Source: Pontixanthobacter sp.
GTDB taxonomy: Bacteria > Pseudomonadota > Alphaproteobacteria > Sphingomonadales > Sphingomonadaceae
Length of the DNA stretch: 59,684 nucleotides
NCBI GenBank assembly: GCA_049650705.1
Contig: JBASAR010000035.1
Coordinates: 1 to 59,684, forward strand
Direction: 5' to 3'
In this document: positions 1 to 9,945 of the stretch, in pieces
How positions within the stretch are numbered: the first letter of the stretch is position 1
How the letters are laid out: every line of letters begins with the position of its first letter
The notes under the pieces: model-generated
Told to the model about the DNA's origin: nothing
Database searches by the model: none
Seen by the model: the letters and a program-made list of their open reading frames with translations, nothing else
Translations under genes and position numbers: made by a program

Positions 1-2
1 AA

Positions 3-449
3 GCCGCCCTCCCCTTCCTGAAACGCAGCGCGCCGGGATCGTGTTTGCTCAATACTGCGAGTGCGGCGGGTATCTACGGCACGCCGGGTTCGTCCGTATA
101 CACCGCGACAAAATTCGGCGTTCGCGGCATTACGGAAAGTCTGGACGGCGAATGGGCGGAACATGGTATTCATGTTCGGTCGATCTGCCCTAGCTTTATC
201 GACACGCCGCTGCTGGAACATGCGCCGCATCACGGCAGCAATGAAGCCATCAGGACGCGGGTACAGGCCGCCGGTTTGGAAATAACGCCGGTCGAAGCCG
301 TGGCGGAGGCCGCATGGGCCGCGGTGCATGGCAATCGTCTGCACACTTTGGTCGGAAAGACAGCCAAACGCATCGGGTTCGCCGCGCGCTGGATGCCGGG
401 CCGCGTCCACAAGGAAGTGCGCACGTCGCTGCGTCCCTTGGGACAGTAA
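3..449 (+). CDS. SDR family oxidoreductase (5'-truncated by window edge)
   Basis: Frame is open from the window start (AALPFLKRSAPGSCLLNTASAAG...). Catalytic YxxxK (YTATK) followed by the typical SDR ICPSFIDT segment. Confidence 0.85.
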   Translation, partial: AALPFLKRSAPGSCLLNTASAAGIYGTPGSSVYTATKFGVRGITESLDGEWAEHGIHVRSICPSFIDTPLLEHAPHHGSNEAIRTRVQAAGLEITPVEAVAEAAWAAVHGNRLHTLVGKTAKRIGFAARWMPGRVHKEVRTSLRPLGQ

Positions 450-464
450 ATTTACCGCCCAATG

Positions 465-500
465 AAAAACGGGGCAGACTTGCGTCCACCCCGTTAATTT
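465..500. terminator. Possible bidirectional intrinsic terminator
   Basis: Imperfect hairpin AACGGGGCAGAC-TTGC-GTCCACCCCGTT flanked by A and T tracts, between convergent genes. Confidence 0.45.
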
Positions 501-520
501 TCGCATATTCAAATCGCAGA

Positions 521-1045
521 TTACATGCGGCGCATCGTGCTCGAATGGCCACCACCGCGTGCCAGGATTTCGTTGGCTTGTGCCATCGTCATGTTGGCAT
601 GCTTCGTGTCCACGGTGACAAGAATGCCGCCATTGTCGAGTTCACGCTCGTAATATTCGGCGTCCGCTTTGCCGACACCATGATCTTCCAACGCACCGGC
701 TATGGCACCGGCTGCGACACCGACCACGGTGCCGGTCACGGCGGCCCCGCCGGTTGCGGCTGCCGCGATGGCACCTGCGCCGACCAATGGTCCTACACCA
801 GGGATGGCCAATGCCGCTACACCGAGAAGTGCACCGATACCGCCGCCCAATGCACCCTTACCGATGACGTCCTTCGCCGCTTCGGCGCCGGAACCGTCGG
901 TCGTTTTCGTTTCGCCGTCTTCTTTGGCGACGATGGAGACGTTGTCGTTGCTGGCGCCCGCTTCCTTCAATTCGCGAACGGCCCGTTCTGCACCGTCATG
1001 CGTGCTGAAGATGGCGTGGGCGAGGTCGGCGTTGTGGTTGGTCAT
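521..1045 (-). CDS. General stress protein (17M/YflT-like, glycine-zipper membrane segment)
   Basis: AIFSTHDGAERAVRELKEAG N-terminus, Gly/Ala-rich IPGVGPLVGAGAIAAA segment, AEYYERELDNGGILVTV C-terminus. AGGAAAG lies upstream of the ATG at 1045. Confidence 0.75.
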   Translation of the reverse strand: MTNHNADLAHAIFSTHDGAERAVRELKEAGASNDNVSIVAKEDGETKTTDGSGAEAAKDVIGKGALGGGIGALLGVAALAIPGVGPLVGAGAIAAAATGGAAVTGTVVGVAAGAIAGALEDHGVGKADAEYYERELDNGGILVTVDTKHANMTMAQANEILARGGGHSSTMRRM

Positions 1046-1079
1046 ATGTCTGTCTTTCCTATCGTTTCTATAGTCGACC

Positions 1080-1104
1080 AACGTACGATGCCGCCCCTCG
1101 TTCC
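1080..1104 (-). promoter_or_regulatory. EcfG (sigmaT/RpoE2) general stress response promoter
   Basis: Minus strand reads GGAAC-N16-CGTT, the alphaproteobacterial ECF15 consensus, about 35 bp upstream of the stress gene start. Confidence 0.75.
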
Positions 1105-1110
1105 ACGATA

Positions 1111-1416
1111 TTATTGCAGCAAGGCGTCGATCGCCGTGGCAAGATCCACGTCGCGCTGCGACAGTCCGCTGCCTTCCCCCGGCACGTCATGCGTGGTCAG
1201 CGTGATCTCGACCTTGTCGTACACGTTGAACCATTCGGGGTGATGATCGTGTTTTTCGGCCAAAATCGCGACGCTTGTCATGAAGCTGAAAGCCGACACG
1301 AAATCAGCGAATTCGAACCCGCACTCGATCGCCTTTTCATCGTCGCGCAAGGTCCAGTTCGGCAGTTGCGCCATGGTCGCGGCGCGTTCTTCTCCAGTCA
1401 GTTCTTTCACGGCCAT
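1111..1416 (-). CDS. phhB: 4a-hydroxytetrahydrobiopterin (pterin-4a-carbinolamine) dehydratase
   Basis: [14 protein letters not shown]...LTTHD...GLSQRD motifs; 101 aa. Confidence 0.92.
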   Translation of the reverse strand: MAVKELTGEERAATMAQLPNWTLRDDEKAIECGFEFADFVSAFSFMTSVAILAEKHDHHPEWFNVYDKVEITLTTHDVPGEGSGLSQRDVDLATAIDALLQ

Positions 1417-1486
1417 CGGGCTTCCTTTCGTTTGCGATCATTCGATCGATTGTCGCGGACCGGCATCTCCCCTATCGCGCCTTGCG

Positions 1487-2071
1487 ATGCAAGCGTGTGA
1501 ACTTCGTGCGACGCACCTCAGCTGCCGACGAGGTGACAGAATGGTGTTTCGAAACCTGTCTTTCGCGGCACGAGCCGGCAATGCGTTGCAGATCGCGGGC
1601 CCGAACGGCGCGGGAAAATCCAGCCTGATGCGCATATGTGCCGGACTCCTAAGACCGGCCGAGGGAACGGTGTCGGCGCAAAGCGGCATCGGTCTGCTGG
1701 ACGAACGCGCCGCGCTCGATCCAGACCTGCCGCTGGCGACAGCATTGCGTTTCTTCGCCCGACTGGATCGATGCGAAACGGTTACGGATTTCGCGCTCGA
1801 ACTTGGACTTGACGATCTGCTGGATGTGCCGGTCCGCTACCTATCGACGGGGCAGCGCAGGCGGGCCGCATTGCTGCGATTGCATAACCAACGCGCCGCA
1901 ATCTGGTTGCTCGATGAACCGCTCAACGGGCTGGACACGGACGGACAGGCGCTTCTGCTTCGGATGATTGAGAACCATCGTGCGAATGGCGGGCTGTGCC
2001 TGGTCGCCTCGCACCAGCCGATGGGCTTGCCCGACTTGGGAATGCTGCATCTGCCGGATTTCGCGCCATGA
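1487..2071 (+). CDS. ccmA: Heme ABC exporter ATP-binding protein CcmA
   Basis: Walker A GPNGAGKS, signature LSTGQ, Walker B WLLDEP, ASHQ switch. ATGA overlap with ccmB. Confidence 0.9.
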   Translation: MQACELRATHLSCRRGDRMVFRNLSFAARAGNALQIAGPNGAGKSSLMRICAGLLRPAEGTVSAQSGIGLLDERAALDPDLPLATALRFFARLDRCETVTDFALELGLDDLLDVPVRYLSTGQRRRAALLRLHNQRAAIWLLDEPLNGLDTDGQALLLRMIENHRANGGLCLVASHQPMGLPDLGMLHLPDFAP

Positions 2072-2715
2072 TCGGCACGATGTTCCGGCGCGATGTGCGC
2101 AGGCTGTTGCCCGGCATCGGCGGCGGCAGCATTCTGCCGCTCCTGTTCTTCCTGGCAGTCGCGATACTGTTCCCCTTCGCAATCGGGCCAGACGCCGTGT
2201 TGCTGAAACGCACGGGCGGCGGCATCATCTGGGTGGCCGCCCTGCTCGCCGCCATCCTGCCCCTGGATCGGTTGATCGCGCCCGATCTGGAAAAAGGTGT
2301 GTTCGATCAGATCGAACTGCGCGGTATATCGGCGGAGGCCGTCGTTGGTGTACGAATGCTGGCCCATTGGATCACCTTTGCACCCATGCTGCTTGCCGCC
2401 ACTCTGCCAGCCGCCGCGCTGTTGGGGTTGGAGGGTAGCACGATGCGTGTGGTCCTGCTGGGGCTTATTGCAGGGACGCCGGGTTTGGCCGCCATCGGCA
2501 CCTTGATTGCGGCGCTTACGGCAGGCTTGCGGGCGGGCGCCGCCCTGTCGGGGCTGTTGCTTATCCCGCTGGCCGTACCGATCCTGATCTTCGGGGCCGG
2601 CAGTTTGGCAAGGCAGGATATGAGCGGGATCGCCCTATGCGCTGCGATCAGCCTGTTGCTGGTGGCGATCACACCGTTTGCGGGGGGAGCCGCGTTGCGC
2701 GCTGCGCAAGCGTAA
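2068..2715 (+). CDS. ccmB: Heme exporter membrane protein CcmB
   Basis: Multi-TM protein with LFPFAIGPD, GIIWVAALLA and LLLIPLAVPILIFG motifs; coupled to ccmA. Confidence 0.9.
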   Translation: MIGTMFRRDVRRLLPGIGGGSILPLLFFLAVAILFPFAIGPDAVLLKRTGGGIIWVAALLAAILPLDRLIAPDLEKGVFDQIELRGISAEAVVGVRMLAHWITFAPMLLAATLPAAALLGLEGSTMRVVLLGLIAGTPGLAAIGTLIAALTAGLRAGAALSGLLLIPLAVPILIFGAGSLARQDMSGIALCAAISLLLVAITPFAGGAALRAAQA

Positions 2716-2717
2716 GC

Positions 2718-3056
2718 CTACTCCGGCGTGCCGAGCGTTCTTTCCCGGGCATTCTCCACCGCTTCAGCATAGCCTTCATCATCCGGCCCGAGACATTGGC
2801 CGGTCACGCTGACCGTGCCGAACATGCCGCCTTTGTTGATCGCATCGCGTTCGAAAAAAGTTTTACCTTCCATCTCGCATTGCGCGACGGCTTCCGCCCG
2901 CACGTCCCGCATGGCCATTTCGACGCATCCGCCCGTGACGGCCAGCGTTCCCACAATCACGGCACGCTTGACCCATATGTTCTTAAGAACCTTGCAAACC
3001 CGCCCTATCGTAGGGTGGTTGATGGAGACCCGCCGGGCTGGTCGTAAAAATCTCAT
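2718..3056 (-). CDS. Hypothetical small lipoprotein (start uncertain)
   Basis: Basic-hydrophobic stretch ending LAVTGGC (lipobox-like), plus two further Cys. The in-frame ATG at 3056 lies inside the map 3' end. Confidence 0.45.
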   Translation of the reverse strand: MRFLRPARRVSINHPTIGRVCKVLKNIWVKRAVIVGTLAVTGGCVEMAMRDVRAEAVAQCEMEGKTFFERDAINKGGMFGTVSVTGQCLGPDDEGYAEAVENARERTLGTPE

Positions 3057-3831
3057 GCCCCGTTTCGGTGATCGCCAGCGAATGTTCGAATTGCGCGCTC
3101 AACGATTTGTCGCGCGTCACGGCGGTCCAGCCATCCTTCAGCATCTTGCCCCACGGTTTGCCGATATTGATCATCGGTTCGATGGTGAAGAACATGCCGG
3201 GCTTCAATTCCGGCCCCGTGCCCGCCTTCGCCGCATGGACGACTTCGGGCGCATCGTGAAACAACCGCCCCAGCCCATGCCCGCAAAATTCGCGCACGAC
3301 GCCGTATCGATGCTTCTGTGCATGTTCGAGGATGGCCGCACCGATATCGCCCAGCCGATTGCCCGGCTGCGCCTGTTCGATGCCCAGCATAAGGCATTCA
3401 TACGTCACCTCGACCAGGCGGCGCGCTTTTAACGGGACATCCCCGACCAGATACATCCGGCTGGTGTCGCCGTGCCATCCATCGAGCAGCGGCGTGACGT
3501 CGATATTGACGATGTCGCCATCCTTCAGCGCCTTCTCCGATGGAATGCCATGACAGATCACATGGTTGATCGAAATGCAGCAGCTGTGGGTGTAACCGCG
3601 ATAGCCCAGTGTCGCGGGTACCGATCCTGCGGCCAACATCAGTTTGCGCACACGGTCGTCGATCGCCGCGGTGGTGACGCCCGGCTGCACCATCGATGCG
3701 ATGTCGTCGAGAATGCCTGCAGCCAGCTGCCCCGCCGCGCGCATACCGGCGAAACCGTCCGCCCCATGCAGTTTGATCGTACCGTCGCGAATGACGGTCT
3801 CGGTGCCTTGAATTGTCTGATATTCGTTCAT
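2983..3831 (-). CDS. map: Type I methionyl aminopeptidase
   Basis: CCISINHVICHGIP, NIDVT..DGWHGDTSRM, FCGHGLG, FTIEPMIN, SAQFEH metal-site motifs. Confidence 0.96.
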   Translation of the reverse strand: MNEYQTIQGTETVIRDGTIKLHGADGFAGMRAAGQLAAGILDDIASMVQPGVTTAAIDDRVRKLMLAAGSVPATLGYRGYTHSCCISINHVICHGIPSEKALKDGDIVNIDVTPLLDGWHGDTSRMYLVGDVPLKARRLVEVTYECLMLGIEQAQPGNRLGDIGAAILEHAQKHRYGVVREFCGHGLGRLFHDAPEVVHAAKAGTGPELKPGMFFTIEPMINIGKPWGKMLKDGWTAVTRDKSLSAQFEHSLAITETGHEIFTTSPAGLHQPPYDRAGLQGS

Positions 3832-3929
3832 GCCGTTCGATGTAGCGCGCACCGCGGCGAATTGCGAGAGGGTATGAACCCGCGCAGAAACCGGGTGAAA
3901 TCCGCTATATATACGCTATGTCGGTCGGC

Positions 3930-5330
3930 ATGACGTATGCAGCAAAATCCATCGCCGAATGCCTCACCGCCGATCGCGGGCAGGACGCCATTGCCATCCA
4001 TCTGGTTAAGGAGGATGGCTTCGATGCTTTCGCGGCCACGCTCGCTTCGGGGCAGCGTGCCGCACTGGCAGCACAGAAATTCACAGGTGCGGGTTATCAG
4101 GTCGGCATTGTCCCCGATGGCGAAGGATGGTTCGCGGTTGGCGGCGTGGCCGATCCCGACGACCTTTCAAGCTGGTGCCTCGCCAAACTGGCCGAAGAAC
4201 TGCCGCAGGGCACGTACCGGCTTGCGGACCGTGATCCCGGCGCGGCGGTGCATGGCTGGCTGACCGCGCAGCATCGCTTCGAACGGTACAAGCAGGATGA
4301 AAAGGCACAGGGGCCCCGCATCCTCCTGACCGGGCGGGCCGGCGGGATCGATTTGGCCATCGCCGAAGCGCAGGCGGTTCTGCTGGTTGCCGATATGGTC
4401 AATACCCCTGCGGAAGACATGGGCCCTGCCGCGATCGAGGCGGAGGCCGAAAAGATAGCCGAGAGACACGGCGCGACGGTCACGACGGTCAAGGGTGACG
4501 CGCTGGAAACCGGCTATCCCATGATCCACGCCGTCGGTCGGGCCGCCACGCGCCATCACGCCCCGCGCCTCGTCGAACTGGAATGGGGCGAAGAGAACGC
4601 GCCCCGCATCGCCATCGTGGGCAAGGGGGTGTCCTTCGACAGCGGCGGGCTCGATATCAAATCCGCGAGCGGCATGAAACTGATGAAGAAGGATATGGGC
4701 GGCGCGGCCCATGCCATCGCATTGGCGGGACTGATTATGGAAGCTGGATTGAAGGTCCGCTTGCATCTGCTGGTTCCTACCGTCGAGAACGCCATATCGA
4801 ACAACGCCTTTCGCCCGGGGGATGTTCTGCAATCGCGCAAGGGACTGACGGTGGAGATCGGCAACACCGATGCTGAAGGGCGGCTTATTTTAGGTGATGC
4901 GCTGACCAAGGCGAGCGAGAACGGACCCGAACTCATGATCGATTTCGCGACCCTGACCGGCGCGGCGCGCGTAGCGCTCGGCCCCGATCATCCGGCGTTG
5001 ATGACCCGGCAGGACGATATTGCGGCCGCCTTGATCAGTGCCGGCCGTGCCCATGACGACGAACCATGGCGGATGCCGCTGCCCGATGCCTATCGCGAAT
5101 GGCTGGCATCGGACATCGCGGATATGAACAATGCGCATGGCAACGCCTATGCCGGTGCCAGCGTTGCCGGACTGTTCCTCGACCGGTTCGTCGGCGACGG
5201 CATCGACTGGGCGCATTTCGACACCTTCGCCTGGCGCCCCTTCGCGAAGCCCGGCCGGCCCAAAGGCGGCGCCGCCTATGGATTGCGCGCGGCGTTCCAC
5301 ATGCTGAAAGAACGCTACGGTACGCGCTGA
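3930..5330 (+). CDS. M17 leucyl aminopeptidase family protein
   Basis: VGKGVSFDSGGLDIK, MKKDMGGAA, NTDAEGRL, DFATLTGA motifs. Confidence 0.95.
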   Translation: MTYAAKSIAECLTADRGQDAIAIHLVKEDGFDAFAATLASGQRAALAAQKFTGAGYQVGIVPDGEGWFAVGGVADPDDLSSWCLAKLAEELPQGTYRLADRDPGAAVHGWLTAQHRFERYKQDEKAQGPRILLTGRAGGIDLAIAEAQAVLLVADMVNTPAEDMGPAAIEAEAEKIAERHGATVTTVKGDALETGYPMIHAVGRAATRHHAPRLVELEWGEENAPRIAIVGKGVSFDSGGLDIKSASGMKLMKKDMGGAAHAIALAGLIMEAGLKVRLHLLVPTVENAISNNAFRPGDVLQSRKGLTVEIGNTDAEGRLILGDALTKASENGPELMIDFATLTGAARVALGPDHPALMTRQDDIAAALISAGRAHDDEPWRMPLPDAYREWLASDIADMNNAHGNAYAGASVAGLFLDRFVGDGIDWAHFDTFAWRPFAKPGRPKGGAAYGLRAAFHMLKERYGTR

Positions 5331-5410
5331 GGCGAAACGGCGGCGACTTGCCGCTTCCCGCCATAGCGGATATGCGCGCCCATCGGCCGTTTGTGTGCCG
5401 CCAATAGATT

Positions 5411-5788
5411 ATGGCGATTAGGAACCCAATGTCGCGCATGGAAGCAGCGCCGGAATATGACGTGCCGTCGGGCGATCTGGGATTGAAGGGTCCTGTCGAG
5501 CGTCCTGCACCCGGCACGCTGCCATTGCGCGGCGATTTGGCGCATATTGCCCTGGCGACACGCTTCCTGGTGCCGCACTATGTCGTGCCGCAACCGTATC
5601 GGGTGAAGGATGACGGTGCGGTTATGCGACTTACACCGCAGCAGGATGCCGATATCGTCATGCGGCTCGATGGCGATAGCCTGTTCGAAGTGCTCGACCT
5701 TGCCGGTGGTTGGTATTGGGGCTGCGTGGGGCCGGAAGGTCCGAGCGGGTATATCGCGCAAGAGGCATTGGTCGCCCTGTCCACATGA
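5411..5788 (+). CDS. SH3-like domain protein
   Basis: PLRGDLAHIALA...HYVVP then FEVLDLAGGWYWG...GPSGYI SH3b-like pattern. ATGA overlap with argC. Confidence 0.65.
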   Translation: MAIRNPMSRMEAAPEYDVPSGDLGLKGPVERPAPGTLPLRGDLAHIALATRFLVPHYVVPQPYRVKDDGAVMRLTPQQDADIVMRLDGDSLFEVLDLAGGWYWGCVGPEGPSGYIAQEALVALST

Positions 5789-6741
5789 CGCTGTTTGTGT
5801 TCATCGACGGGGCCGAGGGAACCACGGGCCTCGAAATACGTGACCGGTTGGCCGATCGACCGGAATTCGTATTGCAGACCTTGCCGGACGATGTGCGTAA
5901 GGACGATGCCGCGCGGCGCGACGCGTTGAACGCATGCGATATCGCCATTCTTTGCCTGCCGGACGATGCCGCGCGCGATGCTGTTGCGATGATCGATCCG
6001 GAAGGCGAAACCCGCATCATCGACGCGTCGAGCGCGCACCGGGTGACACCGGATTGGACCTATGGTTTCCCCGAACTGGTCGGACAGGAAACGGTCGCCG
6101 GAGCCATGCGGGTCAGCAATCCTGGTTGCTACCCGACCGGGTTTATCGCCCTGATCGCGCCGCTGATCCGCGCCGGGCTCCTGCCGGCGGAATGGCCCTA
6201 CACCGTCCATGCCGTGTCCGGCTATTCGGGCGGCGGCAAGTCGCTGATCGACCGTTTCGAACGCGGCGAACCCGACCTTGCCTTTCGCGCTTACGGTTTC
6301 GATCTGGCGCACAAGCACGGCCCGGAAATGAAGCATCATGCCGGCTTGTGCCACGGCGTCGTCTTTTCTCCGTCCGTCGGCCGCGCCTATCGCGGAATGA
6401 TCGTGGAAGTACCGCTTCATCTGGGCGCGATCGATCGGAACCTGAAACCGGAACAGCTGCGCATGACCCTTACCGAATTCTACCGCGAATCGCCTGTCGT
6501 GAAAGTCGCCGCTGCACCGGACCCGGCAGAGATGCTATTGACCGACGGTGTGGAACCCGACGACGGCATGACCTTGCATGTATTCGCAAATACCGGCGGC
6601 TATCACGCGCGGCTCGTCGCCCGGTTCGACAATCTGGGCAAGGGCGCGAGCGGCGCGGCTGTGCAGAACCTCAATCTGATGGCAGGCCTGCCCGAACATA
6701 CTGGCTTGAACCTGCCTGATTATCGGGCAAGCGCTGCATAA
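5785..6741 (+). CDS. argC: N-acetyl-gamma-glutamyl-phosphate reductase (type 2)
   Basis: VFIDGAEGTTGLEI, IDASSAHR, SNPGCYPTG, SGYSGGGK, DNLGKGASGAAVQNLN. Confidence 0.95.
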   Translation: MTLFVFIDGAEGTTGLEIRDRLADRPEFVLQTLPDDVRKDDAARRDALNACDIAILCLPDDAARDAVAMIDPEGETRIIDASSAHRVTPDWTYGFPELVGQETVAGAMRVSNPGCYPTGFIALIAPLIRAGLLPAEWPYTVHAVSGYSGGGKSLIDRFERGEPDLAFRAYGFDLAHKHGPEMKHHAGLCHGVVFSPSVGRAYRGMIVEVPLHLGAIDRNLKPEQLRMTLTEFYRESPVVKVAAAPDPAEMLLTDGVEPDDGMTLHVFANTGGYHARLVARFDNLGKGASGAAVQNLNLMAGLPEHTGLNLPDYRASAA

Positions 6742-6751
6742 AAGGGCAGCA
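6713..6751 (+). promoter_or_regulatory. Tandem NtrC-type enhancer sites
   Basis: Two 17-bp TGC-N11-GCA boxes 22 bp apart: TGCCTGATTATCGGGCA (6713-6729) and TGCATAAAAGGGCAGCA (6735-6751), upstream of glnB-glnA. Confidence 0.6.
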
Positions 6752-6805
6752 CGATCGTCACGTGAAAAAGGCCCTTGAGCAGTGCTGGCGGTGCTAATTT
6801 GGAAC

Positions 6806-6821
6806 TGGCATGCTTCTTGGA
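6806..6821 (+). promoter_or_regulatory. sigma54-like -24/-12 promoter for glnB-glnA
   Basis: TGGCATGCTTCTTGGA. The -24 TGGCA is perfect; the -12 reads TTGG instead of TTGC. Confidence 0.5.
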
Positions 6822-6849
6822 TAGTAATGTCAGCAGAGACCGGCTCTGA

Positions 6850-7236
<387 letters not shown>

Positions 7237-7285
7237 CCCTTTCTTACGCAACCACTGTTTCATCCATCCGATCAAGGAAAACCCT

Positions 7286-8695
7286 ATGCCATCCGCAAAA
7301 GACGTACTCGACCAGATCAAAGATAACGATATCGAATGGATCGATCTTCGTTTCACCGATCCGAAGGGCAAATGGCAGCACCTGACAATGGTCGCCAGCG
7401 CGATGGGGGAGGATGAACTTGAAGACGGACTGATGTTCGACGGGTCAAGTATTGCGGGTTGGAAAGTCATCAATGAAAGCGACATGATCCTGCGCCCCGA
7501 TCTCGACCGGACCTATATCGATCCGTTCAGCGCCACGCCGATGATGATTCTGTTTTGCGATATCGTGGAACCGTCCACCGGTGAATTGTACGGGCGTGAC
7601 CCGCGCTCCACCGCAAAACGTGCCGAAGCGTTCGTCAAGGCTTCCGGTCTTGGCGATCAGATCTTCGTAGGCGCCGAAGCCGAATTCTTCATGTTCGACG
7701 ATGTGCGCTTCGAAGATGGCTATGCCGCCAGCGGTTTCGCGATCGACGATGTCGAACTTCCGACCAATTCGGGAAAGGAATATGACGGTGGCAACATGGC
7801 CCACCGGCCACGCGCAAAGGGCGGTTATTTCCCCGTTGCCCCGGTCGACAGTGCGGTCGATATTCGCGGCGAGATGGTCGCCACGATGCTGGAGATGGGC
7901 CTGCCCTGCGACAAGCATCACCACGAGGTCGCCGCGTCGCAACACGAACTTGGCGTAACCTTCGCCAGCCTGCTCGAAACCGCCGACAATATGCAGATCT
8001 ACAAATATGTGGTGCAACAAGTCGCCCATGCATATGGCAAAACAGCGACCTTCATGCCCAAGCCGATCAAGGACGATAACGGGTCCGGTATGCACACGCA
8101 TATGTCGATCTGGAACGATGGGAAGAATACCTTCGCCGGAAACGGTTACGCCGGACTGTCCGATAATTGCCTGTATTATATCGGCGGCGTCATCAAACAC
8201 GCCAAAGCACTGAACGCGTTTACCAACCCGACCACGAACAGCTACAAACGGCTGGTTCCCGGGTTCGAGGCACCCGTATTGCTCGCCTATTCCGCGCGCA
8301 ATCGTTCGGCGTCCTGCCGTATCCCCTACGGCGCCGGTGAGAAGGCGAAACGGGTCGAGTTCCGCTTCCCCGACCCCCTTGCCAATCCCTATCTTTCAAG
8401 CGCCGCGCTGCTGATGGCCGGCATCGACGGGATCACAAACAAGATCCATCCAGGCGAAGCGATGGACAAGAACCTGTATGATCTTCCGCCCACGGAATTG
8501 GCCGAAGTGCCCACAGTCTGCGGTTCCCTACGCGAGGCCCTGGAGGCCTTGGAGGCCGATCACGAATTTCTGCTGAAGGGCGACGTGTTCAGTCAGGATC
8601 AAATCCTAGCCTATGCCGAACTGAAATGGGAAGAAGTAATGCGCGTCGACACCACGCCCAACGCCGTGGAATATGATCTGTATTACAGCATGTAA
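7286..8695 (+). CDS. glnA: Type I glutamine synthetase
   Basis: [54 protein letters not shown], adenylylation site KNLYDLP. Confidence 0.98.
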   Translation: MPSAKDVLDQIKDNDIEWIDLRFTDPKGKWQHLTMVASAMGEDELEDGLMFDGSSIAGWKVINESDMILRPDLDRTYIDPFSATPMMILFCDIVEPSTGELYGRDPRSTAKRAEAFVKASGLGDQIFVGAEAEFFMFDDVRFEDGYAASGFAIDDVELPTNSGKEYDGGNMAHRPRAKGGYFPVAPVDSAVDIRGEMVATMLEMGLPCDKHHHEVAASQHELGVTFASLLETADNMQIYKYVVQQVAHAYGKTATFMPKPIKDDNGSGMHTHMSIWNDGKNTFAGNGYAGLSDNCLYYIGGVIKHAKALNAFTNPTTNSYKRLVPGFEAPVLLAYSARNRSASCRIPYGAGEKAKRVEFRFPDPLANPYLSSAALLMAGIDGITNKIHPGEAMDKNLYDLPPTELAEVPTVCGSLREALEALEADHEFLLKGDVFSQDQILAYAELKWEEVMRVDTTPNAVEYDLYYSM

Positions 8696-8721
8696 CCGTA
8701 CGCGGTTCCGACCGCCGATTT

Positions 8722-8755
8722 TGCCGCCATGGTCATTCGACCGTGGCGGCATTTT
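8722..8755 (+). terminator. Intrinsic terminator after glnA
   Basis: TGCCGCCATGGTC-ATTC-GACCGTGGCGGCA followed by TTTT. Confidence 0.7.
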
Positions 8756-8830
8756 CATGGGTCTTGCCTGTGCATTGCACGTTCGCTCTTGCTACAGGCG
8801 TAGCATCGCAAGGTCCGTTACGAGAAAACC

Positions 8831-9871
8831 ATGTCCAAACTGCTCAGCATCATTATCCCCTGCAACAACGTCGTCGGAAAATTTCATATCGTGGAGGGGC
8901 TGCGGACCATCGATTCCCCCGACGTGGAAATTATCTTCATCGAAGACAATTCGACCGACGATACCGCGGCACTGATCGAGAAGGAGGCCACTACCCTCAA
9001 CGCGGATTGGCAGATGGAACGCGGCCGTTTCGGTGGCCCCGGCCCCGCGCGCGATCGGGGGGTGGCGCTCAGTTCTGGAAAATATTTATGGTTCGTCGAT
9101 GCCGACGATCTGATGATGCCGCAGGCGATCATCGCGAACCTGACAGAGTTTCGGGAACGCGATCACGATTACTACGCGTTCGGCATCGTCAAATTCGTTA
9201 AGTCGAAGAATAATGCCCTGACAGCGGAAAAGGCATGGCACATGCCGACCACGGATGCCCAGTCCCTGTTCGAACGCATGCAACCGCTATGGATGTGCAA
9301 CATCATATTCCGGCGGGATTTTCTGGACCGGTACGGGATCGGTTTCCTGCCCCACGTCTATGTCCAGGTCGATTTCTACATGATCGTACAGGTGCTCGTT
9401 CACGCGAAAACCTATCGCATTATCGATACCTACGGTTATGAATATCTGCATCATGCCAATTCGCTTTCGCACGAACCGATCCGCCCGCGTTCGCTGTCGA
9501 AATGGATTTCGACGATCCGCATTTTGGAATTCGTGGAGACCCATGCACCTGAGGAATACGCGACCTTCGACATCGCCGCACAGAAGATCGGTCTCGTTTA
9601 CGATTGGTCACGCTATATCGAAAGCGGCCAGTACCGGGAATTGATCGAGGCCTTTCCCTACATCGTTGCGACACTGCGCCAGCATGGCCTCGAACGCCAC
9701 ATCGCGACGTTCCTCAATACCGGTTCGCTGCCGAACCGGATATTACGGCGATGCGCCTATTGGTACGCGCGCGCGAAGGCGATTTTCAACGACTATGATC
9801 TCGACAGTCTGAAACGCTATTATCTGGAAAAGGAACGCGCCAACGCCGCGTCGCCGATCGCGCGGCGATAA
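8831..9871 (+). CDS. Glycosyltransferase family 2
   Basis: LSIIIPCNN, IEDNSTDDT, GGPGPARDRG, WFVDADD (DxD) GT-A motifs. Confidence 0.88.
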   Translation: MSKLLSIIIPCNNVVGKFHIVEGLRTIDSPDVEIIFIEDNSTDDTAALIEKEATTLNADWQMERGRFGGPGPARDRGVALSSGKYLWFVDADDLMMPQAIIANLTEFRERDHDYYAFGIVKFVKSKNNALTAEKAWHMPTTDAQSLFERMQPLWMCNIIFRRDFLDRYGIGFLPHVYVQVDFYMIVQVLVHAKTYRIIDTYGYEYLHHANSLSHEPIRPRSLSKWISTIRILEFVETHAPEEYATFDIAAQKIGLVYDWSRYIESGQYRELIEAFPYIVATLRQHGLERHIATFLNTGSLPNRILRRCAYWYARAKAIFNDYDLDSLKRYYLEKERANAASPIARR

Positions 9872-9945
9872 AACCATTTTCCTACTCGAAATGCCTGTGC
9901 CTAATACGGCAGCCTCGTTTTTCATTGTAGAAAGAGGCATGTCTT

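Noticed and set aside
1487..2715. ccmAB without ccmC as a defective system
   Set aside because: Split ccm loci are common in alphaproteobacteria, and both genes look intact.
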